Of a stretch of DNA of 64,000 nucleotides, positions 16,256-24,841 are shown in pieces (position 1 is the stretch's first letter; every line of letters starts with the position of its first letter). This stretch comes from Planctomycetota bacterium (GTDB lineage: Bacteria; Planctomycetota; Phycisphaerae; Phycisphaerales; SM1A02). The notes under the pieces are model-generated. The model did no database searches and was not told the origin of the DNA. It saw only the letters and a program-made list of their open reading frames with translations. The DNA lies in NCBI GenBank assembly GCA_039796075.1, contig JBDKKN010000134.1, positions 9,484 through 73,483 on the forward strand, written 5' to 3'. The position numbers and the translations under genes were made by a program.

Positions 16256-17252
16256 CCGGACGCACCCGCACAAGGTGAGCGCACACGGAAAGTTCGTTGC
16301 CGCCACTCATCGGGAATCGGCGCGGCTCGGTTGAATCATCAACGATCGCTTCGGCGGCGGCCCATCGCGTGGCGTCATCCATGCGCTCGTCTGCAAGCAT
16401 CCAGACTGCTGTTGCTGCAAGCGCTTCGGGCGCATTGCGGAACGCACTGCGTGCAATCGAACCGTCCGGACTGCGCATGGCGGATACGTGTGATTCCAGC
16501 AACACATTTCCAAGCCGTGCCAGCTCACCGGTACGCGCAGCACGACGCGTGGCACCAGTCGCCAATGATTCCAGTGCTGGAATCACCACGTGTCGAACGA
16601 TGCCACGCGGAGTGTCACGGCGATCATTACTTGGATCTTCACGCCATTGCACCGCCAGATCGACGCATGCCCCGCGCAATGATTCGCGCGAAATGCGTAA
16701 ACACGGGCGCACCAGCAAGAGGTGCTGCGATCCCGGCGTTTCACACGGAATGGGGCGACGACCAGGCATGCCGCCCATGCCACCAAGACCAGCGCCGCGC
16801 GCCAATGCAATCAGCATGGTTTCCAGTTGATCATCCGCGTGATGCGCGGCAAGAATGCTGGTGGCGCCGCACTCAAGTGCCATCGATGCCAGCGCTTCAT
16901 ACCGGGCAGTCCGCGCCCGGTCAGCCAGGCCGGAACCGGTACTCAGATCAAGACGTCGCGCGAGTACACGTACACCAAGCCGTGCACCGACCATCGCAAC
17001 GCATTGGCAATCAAGTACTGATTCGCTGCGAATACCGTGATCGACCGTGCCTACTGCCAGTTCAATACGCCCATGCGCCGCCAGTCCCGCGCACAACGCC
17101 ATGAGCGCGGTTGAATCTGCACCGCCGCTGGCAGCCACCATGACTCGTGCACCGTCAGGGACACCAGAGCGAGTCAATCCGCGCGCCACGTCAGCCGCCA
17201 ACGGATGGCGACGGCATGCCAAGATGAGCCGCTCGTCAAGCATTGCAGTCAT
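16245..17252 (-). CDS. tilS: tRNA(Ile)-lysidine synthetase
   Basis: PP-loop VMVAASGGADSTALM, then VDHGIR, ILAAHHADDQLET and LVRP. The preferred start ATG at 17252 (MTAMLDE...) overlaps the upstream stop by 4 nt. The extra 37 aa of the ORF overlap the upstream gene. Confidence 0.85.
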   Translation of the reverse strand: MTAMLDERLILACRRHPLAADVARGLTRSGVPDGARVMVAASGGADSTALMALCAGLAAHGRIELAVGTVDHGIRSESVLDCQCVAMVGARLGVRVLARRLDLSTGSGLADRARTARYEALASMALECGATSILAAHHADDQLETMLIALARGAGLGGMGGMPGRRPIPCETPGSQHLLLVRPCLRISRESLRGACVDLAVQWREDPSNDRRDTPRGIVRHVVIPALESLATGATRRAARTGELARLGNVLLESHVSAMRSPDGSIARSAFRNAPEALAATAVWMLADERMDDATRWAAAEAIVDDSTEPRRFPMSGGNELSVCAHLVRVRPVTV

Positions 17253-18844
17253 GGCACGGGGGTGGAAGTAGGTGTAGGCGCAGGTGCCACTGCCGCCGCT
17301 TTCGGCAGCTCCACCACCAATTCGCTTTCGATCACGCCCTCCATCGGCGCGCGCGCACGCCAACGCACGCGCGGCGCTGCCGCGAGGATGTCCGCAGCCA
17401 ATGACACGCCTTGCACGAACGGCTCCGGCGATTCAGGCACAAAGAGCGCGGGCGCAGTGGTCCATGATCGCAAGTGCGCCGCCAATATCGATCCAGAGAT
17501 CGTTCCAAGTTCATGCGCGTCATCTGGATCGGCCATGCGCTCTGCAGCAGCAATCGCGGTTCCGATCTTGTCGAGCAGCGCGGGGTCAGTGGCAATGATT
17601 TGCCATGCGCCGTTCGCGCCACTCTGTGTGGTCCATGCAAGACGGACCGATCGCGCAAATGGGTGATCTGCAAAGATCGACCGCACCGCGGGAGCAATGT
17701 CGACCACGCGCACCGCACCCGTTGCAGATTCGGCGCGAACGACCGGCGGCGTGTTGGCGCGTGTAGAGACGCTTTCCACACATCGCTGCGCCCAACCGTC
17801 CCACTGCTTTTCGGCAAGCACCGGGTCGCGCACCTCAAATGCAATACCAAGCGTGGGGACGCGTACCGATGTTCCATCAAGTGCGGCATCTCCAACCACC
17901 ACAATTTGTCGTGCACCCATATTGGAACGCATCGCATCATCAATGCGCCCCTCGAGCAAGAATGCGTCGACTACTTCCTGTTTATCAAGCGGACCGCGCC
18001 ACGGGTTCATCACCAATGCGGCAAGCCCTGCCCCGTCCAAAGCGCGCAGCAAACCGGCATCAGCAGGCGCACCAGACGCCACATGGATCGGCGCGCGGTC
18101 AAATCGACTGCGGTGACGAACCCGCAACTGACCATCAACCGCACGCGCGGTGAACACCGTCATGCCACCCGTTGGAAGTTCATGCCTCCACACCACTTCA
18201 ACCGGCGCGGTATCCCATCCATTGGCGGCCACAAGATCAGCTGCAACAGCCAGCGAACCATCTACATTCGGCGCATCAATACGCCCCACCACTTCGTCAA
18301 AGAGCGCCGTGCGGTCCGATGGACCAAGAACAAGATGCGGAGGTCGCCACGCTGCAGCAACCTGCTGAACGGGATAGATCGAACGCCCACCCGCAGCGGT
18401 CGCCGGCTTTAACTTCTCCACAAAGAGATCAAGAAGCGGCTGCTCGATGCGCGTCACGATCGCCCACTCCACTTGGCCAGCACGGGTGCGTTCGATGTAC
18501 GTGACATCGGTGCCCAGGAGTAGGTCAACCAAACTGGATGCATCCACGCCAAGCTCCGCCGCGAGCCGATCCCAAGTCTGCACCAAGACGCGCGAGCCAG
18601 CAAGCCGCAGCAGCGCCGCTTGCGCTGGAAGCATGTCTGCGTCAGCACGCAGCCCCTTGGCACCGCGCACTCGAACCACCACTGCTACATCTGCGGGAAC
18701 GACCGTTGCACTTCCAAAGACGCCGTCACCGGGCGGCAGCGCCGAGGTTGCGGACGCCGCGCCAATGGCGCACAGCACAGCGATCGCGTAGAGCACACGG
18801 AGCGCAGAGAGCACACCAAGTGTTCGTGGCAACCTTCGTTTCAT
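17249..18844 (-). CDS. Hypothetical exported protein (531 aa)
   Basis: Signal peptide MKRRLPRTLGVLSALRVLYAIAVLCAIGAASATSA, an Ala/Val/Arg-rich globular body, and a C-terminal Pro/Thr/Ala tail. I recognise no catalytic motif. The coding call rests on length, the signal peptide and translational coupling to tilS. Confidence 0.6.
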   Translation of the reverse strand: MKRRLPRTLGVLSALRVLYAIAVLCAIGAASATSALPPGDGVFGSATVVPADVAVVVRVRGAKGLRADADMLPAQAALLRLAGSRVLVQTWDRLAAELGVDASSLVDLLLGTDVTYIERTRAGQVEWAIVTRIEQPLLDLFVEKLKPATAAGGRSIYPVQQVAAAWRPPHLVLGPSDRTALFDEVVGRIDAPNVDGSLAVAADLVAANGWDTAPVEVVWRHELPTGGMTVFTARAVDGQLRVRHRSRFDRAPIHVASGAPADAGLLRALDGAGLAALVMNPWRGPLDKQEVVDAFLLEGRIDDAMRSNMGARQIVVVGDAALDGTSVRVPTLGIAFEVRDPVLAEKQWDGWAQRCVESVSTRANTPPVVRAESATGAVRVVDIAPAVRSIFADHPFARSVRLAWTTQSGANGAWQIIATDPALLDKIGTAIAAAERMADPDDAHELGTISGSILAAHLRSWTTAPALFVPESPEPFVQGVSLAADILAAAPRVRWRARAPMEGVIESELVVELPKAAAVAPAPTPTSTPVP

Positions 18845-18885
18845 GGTGAACGCGACTCTGATCGCACAGCGCCAGCGGTTCGGAA

Positions 18886-19284
18886 TTAGTAACTACGAAC
18901 GTGTACTGATCCATCCGAAACGGTAGAGGCCGCATCGGGCGCACCCTTGGTTTCCGAAGCCTGTAGAACGCCGCTGTTGGAAACACGCGGCATGCCCAGG
19001 AGGATCGAATCAAGTCGACCAGCACCCTGCACGACCGATCCGCGCAATGCATCGCCGACTGCTGCCTGTGATCGATCGGCGCGGGAAGTTCCCATCCACC
19101 ACGCAGCGCCGAGCGCGCACGCGGCCAAGACCAATGCGCCTTGCGCAATACCCACCACGATGCGGCTGGTGCGCATCGATCGAGCTTGCGCGGGATCGTT
19201 CGCCTGGTTGTAGCCCAAGCGATGCATGACCGAATGAGTTACGTCGGGGGAACTGCTTTGATCGTTACGGTCGTTCGGAATCAT
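18886..19284 (-). CDS. Putative anti-sigma factor (single-pass membrane protein, non-ZAS)
   Basis: Its start overlaps the stop of the ECF sigma gene by 4 nt (19281-19284). It has a short cytoplasmic N-terminus and one TM helix (IVVGIAQGALVLAACALGAAWW). There is no HxxxCxxC zinc motif. The assignment is positional. Confidence 0.45.
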   Translation of the reverse strand: MIPNDRNDQSSSPDVTHSVMHRLGYNQANDPAQARSMRTSRIVVGIAQGALVLAACALGAAWWMGTSRADRSQAAVGDALRGSVVQGAGRLDSILLGMPRVSNSGVLQASETKGAPDAASTVSDGSVHVRSY

Positions 19285-19868
19285 TCCATGACCTCCTCGG
19301 CCTTCCTGGCCAGTTCTTCGTCACTATTGATCACCGCATGCATGCGCTTACGAGCGCGATGTAAATGACTCTTGATGGTGCCTTCTGGCATCGAAAGATG
19401 ACTGCTCACTGCCTCGATCGACCAATCTTGATGATGGAACAGCGTGACAATCTCGCGCTGCAGCGGCGTGAGGCACGCAATGGCAACATCCAAGATGCGG
19501 CTCAGGTGATCACGCTTCTCCGCGGCCACCATCACGTCGTCGGGACGATCGGAATCCGATGCCCAGAACTCCATGGCTTCGCTGTCACTGACGGGACGAT
19601 GCTTCTGCATGTGATTCACATACAGGCGTCGGGCGATGGTGAAGATCCAGGTTGAGAATCGGAAGCGCGTATCAAATCGACCAATGTTCTTGATGACTCG
19701 AACGAACGCCTCTTGCACCATGTCTTCCGCCACGTCCGGACGACCCGACAGGCGGACCATGAATCCGTACAGAGCGCCTTGGTGCTCGCGGATCAGCTCT
19801 TCAATGGCCGCGCCATCGCCGCGCTGGGCGCGTCGAATGAGTCGGTTCTCGTGAGCCTTGCTGAGCAT
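19281..19868 (-). CDS. ECF-type RNA polymerase sigma-70 family factor
   Basis: Region 2 reads ELIREHQGALYGFMVRLSGRPDVAEDMVQEAFVRVIKNIGRFD...FSTWIFTIARR. Region 4 reads LTPLQREIVTLFHHQDWSIEAVSSHLSMPEGTIKSHLHRARKRM. Confidence 0.9.
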   Translation of the reverse strand: MLSKAHENRLIRRAQRGDGAAIEELIREHQGALYGFMVRLSGRPDVAEDMVQEAFVRVIKNIGRFDTRFRFSTWIFTIARRLYVNHMQKHRPVSDSEAMEFWASDSDRPDDVMVAAEKRDHLSRILDVAIACLTPLQREIVTLFHHQDWSIEAVSSHLSMPEGTIKSHLHRARKRMHAVINSDEELARKAEEVME

Positions 19869-19933
19869 GCCGGAAGCCTACCGCTCCGTGCACGTTGGGT
19901 TGCCGCTCCCCCGGCGCTGATTGACCGAGGATT

Positions 19934-19982
19934 GCCAAAAACACACCCGCCCGCCGGTCCGTCGTGGCCGGCGGGCGGGTGT
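19934..19982 (-). terminator. Rho-independent terminator downstream of the B12-binding-like gene
   Basis: A perfect 15-bp inverted repeat, acacccgcccgccgg (19943-19957) / ccggcgggcgggtgt (19968-19982), with a 10-nt loop. On the minus strand it is followed by GTTTTTGG (plus-strand ccaaaaac at 19935-19942). Confidence 0.75.
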
Positions 19983-20034
19983 TGGAGCCCGCGGAGGCGC
20001 CCCGAGGGGCACTTTCCACGAGCGAGGATCTGGT

Positions 20035-20751
20035 TTACGCAGCCTTTGACGAGCGGCGACGGGTGGTGCTGGTAGTCGCGGTGGTACTGGTCCGCCCGAC
20101 GACTGCCGCAGTTTCCTGGGAAGTCAGGACCGCAACCAATGCCGCCGGAGTGGTGGCTGAGACGTCGGCGCCGATCTCTTCGGCCAAGCCGAGCGCGCGG
20201 TTGAACACGCCGCCGCCGCACACGATCCGCAGGTTCGGATGGCCACCGATTTCCTTGATTTGGTCGATCAGCGCGCGAATGGCCGGCGCATCACTGGCTG
20301 CTGATGCCCACAGGACCAGCGTTCCAGCGCGCGTGCTGGCGAGTTCTTCAAGAACCTCGTCGTTTGCGACGCCGGCACCGGCAAAGAAGACTTCATATCC
20401 CGCAGCGTCCAGCAGGTCAACCGCGATCTGCGCTCCCAGTTCCTCGCCCTCGGTTGGGCCACAGAACATGAGGATTCGACCAGCGGAACGCTCAACGCGG
20501 GTGTAGGTACTTGAGCCCTGATGCGCGATCTGGCGGAGTGCCCGGGTGGCATAGTTGTAACTGATGCGGGAGAGCTGGTCCTTCTTGAAGAGCTTGACGA
20601 GCATCTCGTGGATTGGCCAGTAGATGTCGTTGGCAAGGCGCTCGGCAGGAATGTTCTGCGCGGTCAACGTGGCCACGAAAGCGTGGGCGCGACGACGGTC
20701 GCCGGAGACGAGGTGCTGGAAGAGCTGTTCGATGGTGGATTCGAGATGCAT
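20035..20751 (-). CDS. Stand-alone B12-binding-like protein (B12-binding_2 helical bundle + Rossmann-like B12-binding domain), canonical ligand residues absent
   Basis: The C-terminal half, RILMFCGPTEGEELGAQIAVDLLDAAGYEVFFAGAGVANDEVLEEL...LVLWASAASDAPAIRALIDQIKEIGGHPNLRIVCGGGVF, matches the cobalamin-binding Rossmann layout, but GEELG replaces the Dx/ExHxxG motif. The N-terminal 4-helix region is present. There is no DNA-binding domain. Confidence 0.65.
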   Translation of the reverse strand: MHLESTIEQLFQHLVSGDRRRAHAFVATLTAQNIPAERLANDIYWPIHEMLVKLFKKDQLSRISYNYATRALRQIAHQGSSTYTRVERSAGRILMFCGPTEGEELGAQIAVDLLDAAGYEVFFAGAGVANDEVLEELASTRAGTLVLWASAASDAPAIRALIDQIKEIGGHPNLRIVCGGGVFNRALGLAEEIGADVSATTPAALVAVLTSQETAAVVGRTSTTATTSTTRRRSSKAA

Positions 20752-20929
20752 AGTTCTGTGTTCCTTACAAGTGGTGCGCCGCGTTGGTGTCGGCGTGAGA
20801 GTGGCATCGGGCGATCCGGTTTCGACCCGCCACGGCGCGGCAATTTCCTTCGTTATGGAACACTTATTCTTTGTTATCGATCAATTCAGGGTGCTTTCCA
20901 CGTCCGTAGAACCGCCTACCATCGTCCGA

Positions 20930-21745
20930 ATGGTCGAAATCGGACCCATCTGGACCCAGGAAGCGCTGCGTGACAGCCCGCACATTGACGCCGAGAAGGC
21001 GCGCAAGGTGCAAGGCATGTTTGCGGCTATCGCAGGCAGCTACGACCTGAACAACCGTTTGCACTCATTCTTTCAGGATCAACGCTGGCGCCGCGCTGCC
21101 GTTCGAGCCGCCGGCGTGAACGCCACCACCCGCGTTCTTGATGTTGCGTGCGGTACCGGCGATTTGGCGGAGGCGTTCGCGGATGCCGGCGCCGCTGAAG
21201 TGACCGGCGTGGATTTCACCCCGGAAATGCTTGCCATTGCACGAGACAAGGGACTTCGTAACAGCGGCGCGCCACGCGCCGACGCGGCGGGCACTTCAGC
21301 AGGCTCAACAACAGCACGCACCTCGGTGGCATATCACCAAGGCGACGCCATGCAATTGGTATTCCCCGATCAATCCTTTGACGTGGTGTCGATTGCGTTT
21401 GGAATCCGAAACGTTGCTGTACCAGCACGCGCGCTCGCCGAGTTCTTCCGAGTACTGCGCCCGGGCGGCCGGCTGGTGGTCTTGGAATTTGCGGACCCAA
21501 CCAATCCCATCGTTCGTTGGGGCAGCAACCTGTACACCAAGCGCATCATGCCGTGGACGGCCTCCATGGTGGCGCGGGACGCCTCAGGTGCGTACCACTA
21601 TTTACCGCGCTCGGTGAGCACATTCCTGCAACCGCGCGAATTTGCGCAAAAACTCCAAGAAAATGGCTTTGAACAGTGCAGTGCCGCGCCACTCACCATG
21701 GGGATTTGCGTTCTTCATCGGGCTATTCGACCGAAGAACCAGTAA
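20930..21745 (+). CDS. ubiE: Demethylmenaquinone/ubiquinone C-methyltransferase (UbiE/MenG family)
   Basis: VQGMFAAIAGSYDLNNRLHSFFQDQRWRR (UbiE N-terminal signature), the SAM motif VLDVACGTGDL, then FDVVSIAFGIRNV, LRPGGRLVVLEF and AYHYLPRSV. The start is taken at ATG 20930, with 20855 as an alternative. The ORF's first ~100 aa overlap the opposite-strand gene. It contains a ~30-aa Ala/Gly/Ser/Thr insertion. Confidence 0.85.
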   Translation: MVEIGPIWTQEALRDSPHIDAEKARKVQGMFAAIAGSYDLNNRLHSFFQDQRWRRAAVRAAGVNATTRVLDVACGTGDLAEAFADAGAAEVTGVDFTPEMLAIARDKGLRNSGAPRADAAGTSAGSTTARTSVAYHQGDAMQLVFPDQSFDVVSIAFGIRNVAVPARALAEFFRVLRPGGRLVVLEFADPTNPIVRWGSNLYTKRIMPWTASMVARDASGAYHYLPRSVSTFLQPREFAQKLQENGFEQCSAAPLTMGICVLHRAIRPKNQ

Positions 21746-21834
21746 AGCCCGCTACACTTCGCATTGCATGTCACAATCGCGCCCCCACGGATGGGTGCCG
21801 CCGCGGCAGGACGCCGAGAAAGTGAGTCGTTTCA

Positions 21835-22746
21835 ATGATCGTTGACTGCTCTACACGAGTCTTTAATTCGCCTGAACAACTTGGTCGCGAAACTGCTGAA
21901 GCGCTGCGTCGCTTCACCGCGCTTCGTGGCACCCGCCTTGAGTCGACTGCTGCTGCGCTTGAGCGCGCCATCGAGCCGGTAGCGGCCGCGTTGGTGCACG
22001 GATTTCGCTCCAAGCTTCTTGATGCCGGTATCCCCAATGAGTTTGTCGCGGAGGTTGTTCGCTCCAATCCTGGCCGTCTTGCTGGCGTAGCCGGCATTGA
22101 TCCGATGGCAAGCGACGCGGCAACGCAACTTGAACGCGCCGTCGACCTTGGACTGGTGGGCGTGACCATCTCCCCCAGCGCGCAGGGATTTCATCCAACG
22201 CACTCCGATGCCATGCGTCTCTATGCGCGGATCGAAACGTTGGGGCTTCCACTTTTCATCGGTCGACCTGGTCCGCTCGTAGCGAGTGGCTCATTAGAGT
22301 TTGATCGACCCGCTGGCTTTGACGAAGTGGCGCGCGCACATCCGAAACTTCGGATCGTGATTGGCGAACTCGGCTGGCCATGGATTGACGAATGCCTGGC
22401 CATGCTCATGAAGCATCAGAACGTCTACGCCGAAATCAGTGGCGTGTCGGGTCGACCATGGCAACTCTATAACGCGCTCTTGAGCGCGCAGAGTTTGGGC
22501 GTGTTGGAGAAGCTCTTCTTTGGAAGCGGCTTCCCGTATGACTTGCCAGCCAAGGCCATCGAGAATCTTTACTCAGTGAATGCATTTGCACACGGCACGC
22601 AGTTGCCAGCGATTCCACGCATCGCCCTGCGCGCGATCGCTGAGCGTGATCCGTTTGCGATTCTTGGAATTGATTCGCCCGCAGCACGTGCAGTGCAACA
22701 GCGCCCGGCGTCTACGGAAGGTGATCTCTCGCGGGACATGCGATGA
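21835..22746 (+). CDS. Amidohydrolase-2 (TIM-barrel metal-dependent hydrolase) family protein, metal ligands apparently substituted
   Basis: The family layout is present: MIVDCSTRVF at strand 1, GVTISP, IGELGWPWIDE, NVYAEISGV and LFFGSGFPYD at strand 8. The usual HxH reads STR and the usual GSD(F/Y)P reads GSGFP. Confidence 0.6.
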   Translation: MIVDCSTRVFNSPEQLGRETAEALRRFTALRGTRLESTAAALERAIEPVAAALVHGFRSKLLDAGIPNEFVAEVVRSNPGRLAGVAGIDPMASDAATQLERAVDLGLVGVTISPSAQGFHPTHSDAMRLYARIETLGLPLFIGRPGPLVASGSLEFDRPAGFDEVARAHPKLRIVIGELGWPWIDECLAMLMKHQNVYAEISGVSGRPWQLYNALLSAQSLGVLEKLFFGSGFPYDLPAKAIENLYSVNAFAHGTQLPAIPRIALRAIAERDPFAILGIDSPAARAVQQRPASTEGDLSRDMR

Positions 22747-23345
22747 ATCTTGGCCTGGCGCGGATGATTGCCACTGCTGCTACTGCATGGCTCTTAGCGA
22801 GCGCCGGGTGTTCAATTACCCCGGGCGGAGTGGTGGAAATTGTTGGCTCTGGAGATACCGCTGTCCGGCTGACTTCCGAATTCAGCAACGGCACCTACGC
22901 CATTGAGCCAGCACAGACCACGGTGGTCTTCAGTGACATTCCGTATGAAGAGCTGGCGACCGGCACTGCAAAGAACGGTCGGTTCTTGCACATTGAAGTG
23001 CTGTGGCGACCCAAAGCTGGACGTACCCCGGTGGAGCCAAGTTCCACCAACCTCTCCATTCGATTCGTGGTGGTATCCAACGGCGAAGTTGGCGTCTATA
23101 TCGGCGGTGGATTTGCGTGGATCGATGGCGGCAAGCCGGCAGACGAAGCCATCGGATTAGATATCACCGGGGCCAGTGTTTCACTGGTTGACAAGACTCC
23201 CGGATTTGTTGATCTCCTCAGTCCTGCCATACTGGTTGGCGAACTAGGCGCGCTGAAGAATGCAGAGAATGCACGCGCTACGCGGCGCGCGGCAAGCCAG
23301 TTTGTCACCAACCGACTTGGACACGTTCGCTGGGTGAGCCGCTAG
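22743..23345 (+). CDS. Hypothetical lipoprotein
   Basis: Lipobox in MNLGLARMIATAATAWLLASAGCS (L-A-S-A-G-C). The start overlaps the upstream stop (ATGA). 200 aa with no recognised domain. Confidence 0.6.
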   Translation: MNLGLARMIATAATAWLLASAGCSITPGGVVEIVGSGDTAVRLTSEFSNGTYAIEPAQTTVVFSDIPYEELATGTAKNGRFLHIEVLWRPKAGRTPVEPSSTNLSIRFVVVSNGEVGVYIGGGFAWIDGGKPADEAIGLDITGASVSLVDKTPGFVDLLSPAILVGELGALKNAENARATRRAASQFVTNRLGHVRWVSR

Positions 23346-24139
23346 CGCTGCGCTTCCATCGGTTGAGCACCTGCCAACGCGCTGATGATGGAAGGATCGA
23401 CCGGCTCGCGGCGCGGATCAACCGGGAGCCACGCACGCTGCATAGAGCTGTCCACGATCGATGGAAACCACAGCGACGCATGATCGAGGTACATCTGACC
23501 GCGCGTGCCCCCGTACTCCTGGTCACCAACGAGCGGGAATCCCAATGCACCCAGCATGGCGCGAATCTGATGGAAGCGACCGGTGACCAATCGAATGACT
23601 GCATGCCACTCACCGGGCGCTGCGGGCGCGGGCGCGACGGCTTCGATCACCAGCGTTGATGGGTCTCCACCGGAACGCACCACTCGAGCCACGGCACCAT
23701 CCCGACGCAAGTAGGCGTGGTGCTGGCCGACGAGTGCACGAGCATCTGTTTGTGTGCCAGTAGCAGCAATCCGCGCCAGGTAATGCTTGGTCCACTGCCC
23801 TGCCCGAATCGCCTCGTTGTGTGCTGCAACGGCGGCGCTTTCGCGTGCGACCACCACAAATCCACGGGTTGGGCGATCAATCCGGTGCGGCAGTTGCGCC
23901 TCGGGCCAACCAAGAAGTGCACGTGCCTGCACCAGCAATGTGGCGGGACCCTTTCCATTGGTTGCCGGTGCCTCGCTGGAAAGTCCTACAGGCTTCAGTA
24001 GCACTGCGTCGCGCTCACTACGCAAGACAATGTCCGCCGCCGTCACTGACGGACCGCTGGGCGGATCATCACTTCGTCCACGGTTAGCGCGCGCGTACAC
24101 GGCGTTCCGCCTCCACAATGGGCAGCATTTGCACTGCAA
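23342..24139 (-). CDS. RluA-family pseudouridine synthase
   Basis: LLKPVGL, the catalytic HRIDRPTRGFVVVA (HRLD..TSG type), Y.A and TGRFHQIRAMLGALGFPLVGDQEYG. The 5' end is uncertain because the ORF overlaps the upstream Nudix gene by 56 nt. Confidence 0.85.
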   Translation of the reverse strand: MQCKCCPLWRRNAVYARANRGRSDDPPSGPSVTAADIVLRSERDAVLLKPVGLSSEAPATNGKGPATLLVQARALLGWPEAQLPHRIDRPTRGFVVVARESAAVAAHNEAIRAGQWTKHYLARIAATGTQTDARALVGQHHAYLRRDGAVARVVRSGGDPSTLVIEAVAPAPAAPGEWHAVIRLVTGRFHQIRAMLGALGFPLVGDQEYGGTRGQMYLDHASLWFPSIVDSSMQRAWLPVDPRREPVDPSIISALAGAQPMEAQR

Positions 24140-24812
24140 CGGGCGCCAGTGGCTCGGGCCACTCGCCGGGATTCACAGTACGCAGCTCACTGCACTCCCA
24201 CGTCTCCAACGGGACGGCGGGCGGTAGCACATCAATCACGTAGAGCACTTCCCAACTGCGCACCACCGGATCAAAGGCGAGCGCTCGTGCCACGGGTGGA
24301 GCAATGGCTGTCCAACCGGTCTCTTCATGAAGTTCGCGCAGGATCATGTCGGCGGGCGAAACACCCGGCTCCAGCGTGCCCGCAGGTGCAAACTCCCACA
24401 TGCCGGCGTAATTGAGCGTCTCTTGACCGCGACGGGCCATCAGTATCTGCCCCTCGGGCGTGAAACACACCGCCTTCACGCCGATGGGCCGAACGCCGGT
24501 ATCAAGTCCTTCTCGGGCCACGGCGTGAAATCGGTAACTGGTGGGAACGCAATGAATAGTCACGCCACCGTGACCGTTTCGACTGGTGCCTAAGACATGG
24601 AGCATGGGACCGTCGTGAGCTCGCGGAACGCGCGCGCACAGTGCTTCCCACGCAGTGTTGACGGCATCAAGCGTCATACCTGCAGTGCTTTCCGGCACAA
24701 ATCGCCCTTCCACCACCGAGAGTATTGGCGGCCGGCGCAACGGAATCAGCCGCTTGGGCAGCGGTTGCACGCCGCGTGGCAGCGCTGGGGAGTTGGGCGG
24801 CTGAGGCTCCAT
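24084..24812 (-). CDS. NUDIX hydrolase
   Basis: Nudix box GTLEPGVSPADMILRELHEETGW (Gx5Ex7REUxEExGU). Confidence 0.8.
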   Translation of the reverse strand: MEPQPPNSPALPRGVQPLPKRLIPLRRPPILSVVEGRFVPESTAGMTLDAVNTAWEALCARVPRAHDGPMLHVLGTSRNGHGGVTIHCVPTSYRFHAVAREGLDTGVRPIGVKAVCFTPEGQILMARRGQETLNYAGMWEFAPAGTLEPGVSPADMILRELHEETGWTAIAPPVARALAFDPVVRSWEVLYVIDVLPPAVPLETWECSELRTVNPGEWPEPLAPVAVQMLPIVEAERRVRAR

Positions 24813-24841
24813 GGCAACTCAATCTATACACTTCTCGGCTC

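Noticed and set aside
19281-20751. B12-binding-like gene and ECF sigma gene as a single operon (a CarH/CarQ-style light switch)
   Set aside because: A perfect 15-bp-stem hairpin followed by a T-run on the transcribed strand (19934-19982) lies between them, so they are most likely separate transcripts. A functional link remains pure speculation.
20624-20929. N-terminal ~100 aa of the 373-aa ubiE ORF
   Set aside because: It overlaps the B12-binding-like gene on the other strand, and its sequence is unlike the UbiE N-terminus. The conserved UbiE signature starts after ATG 20930.
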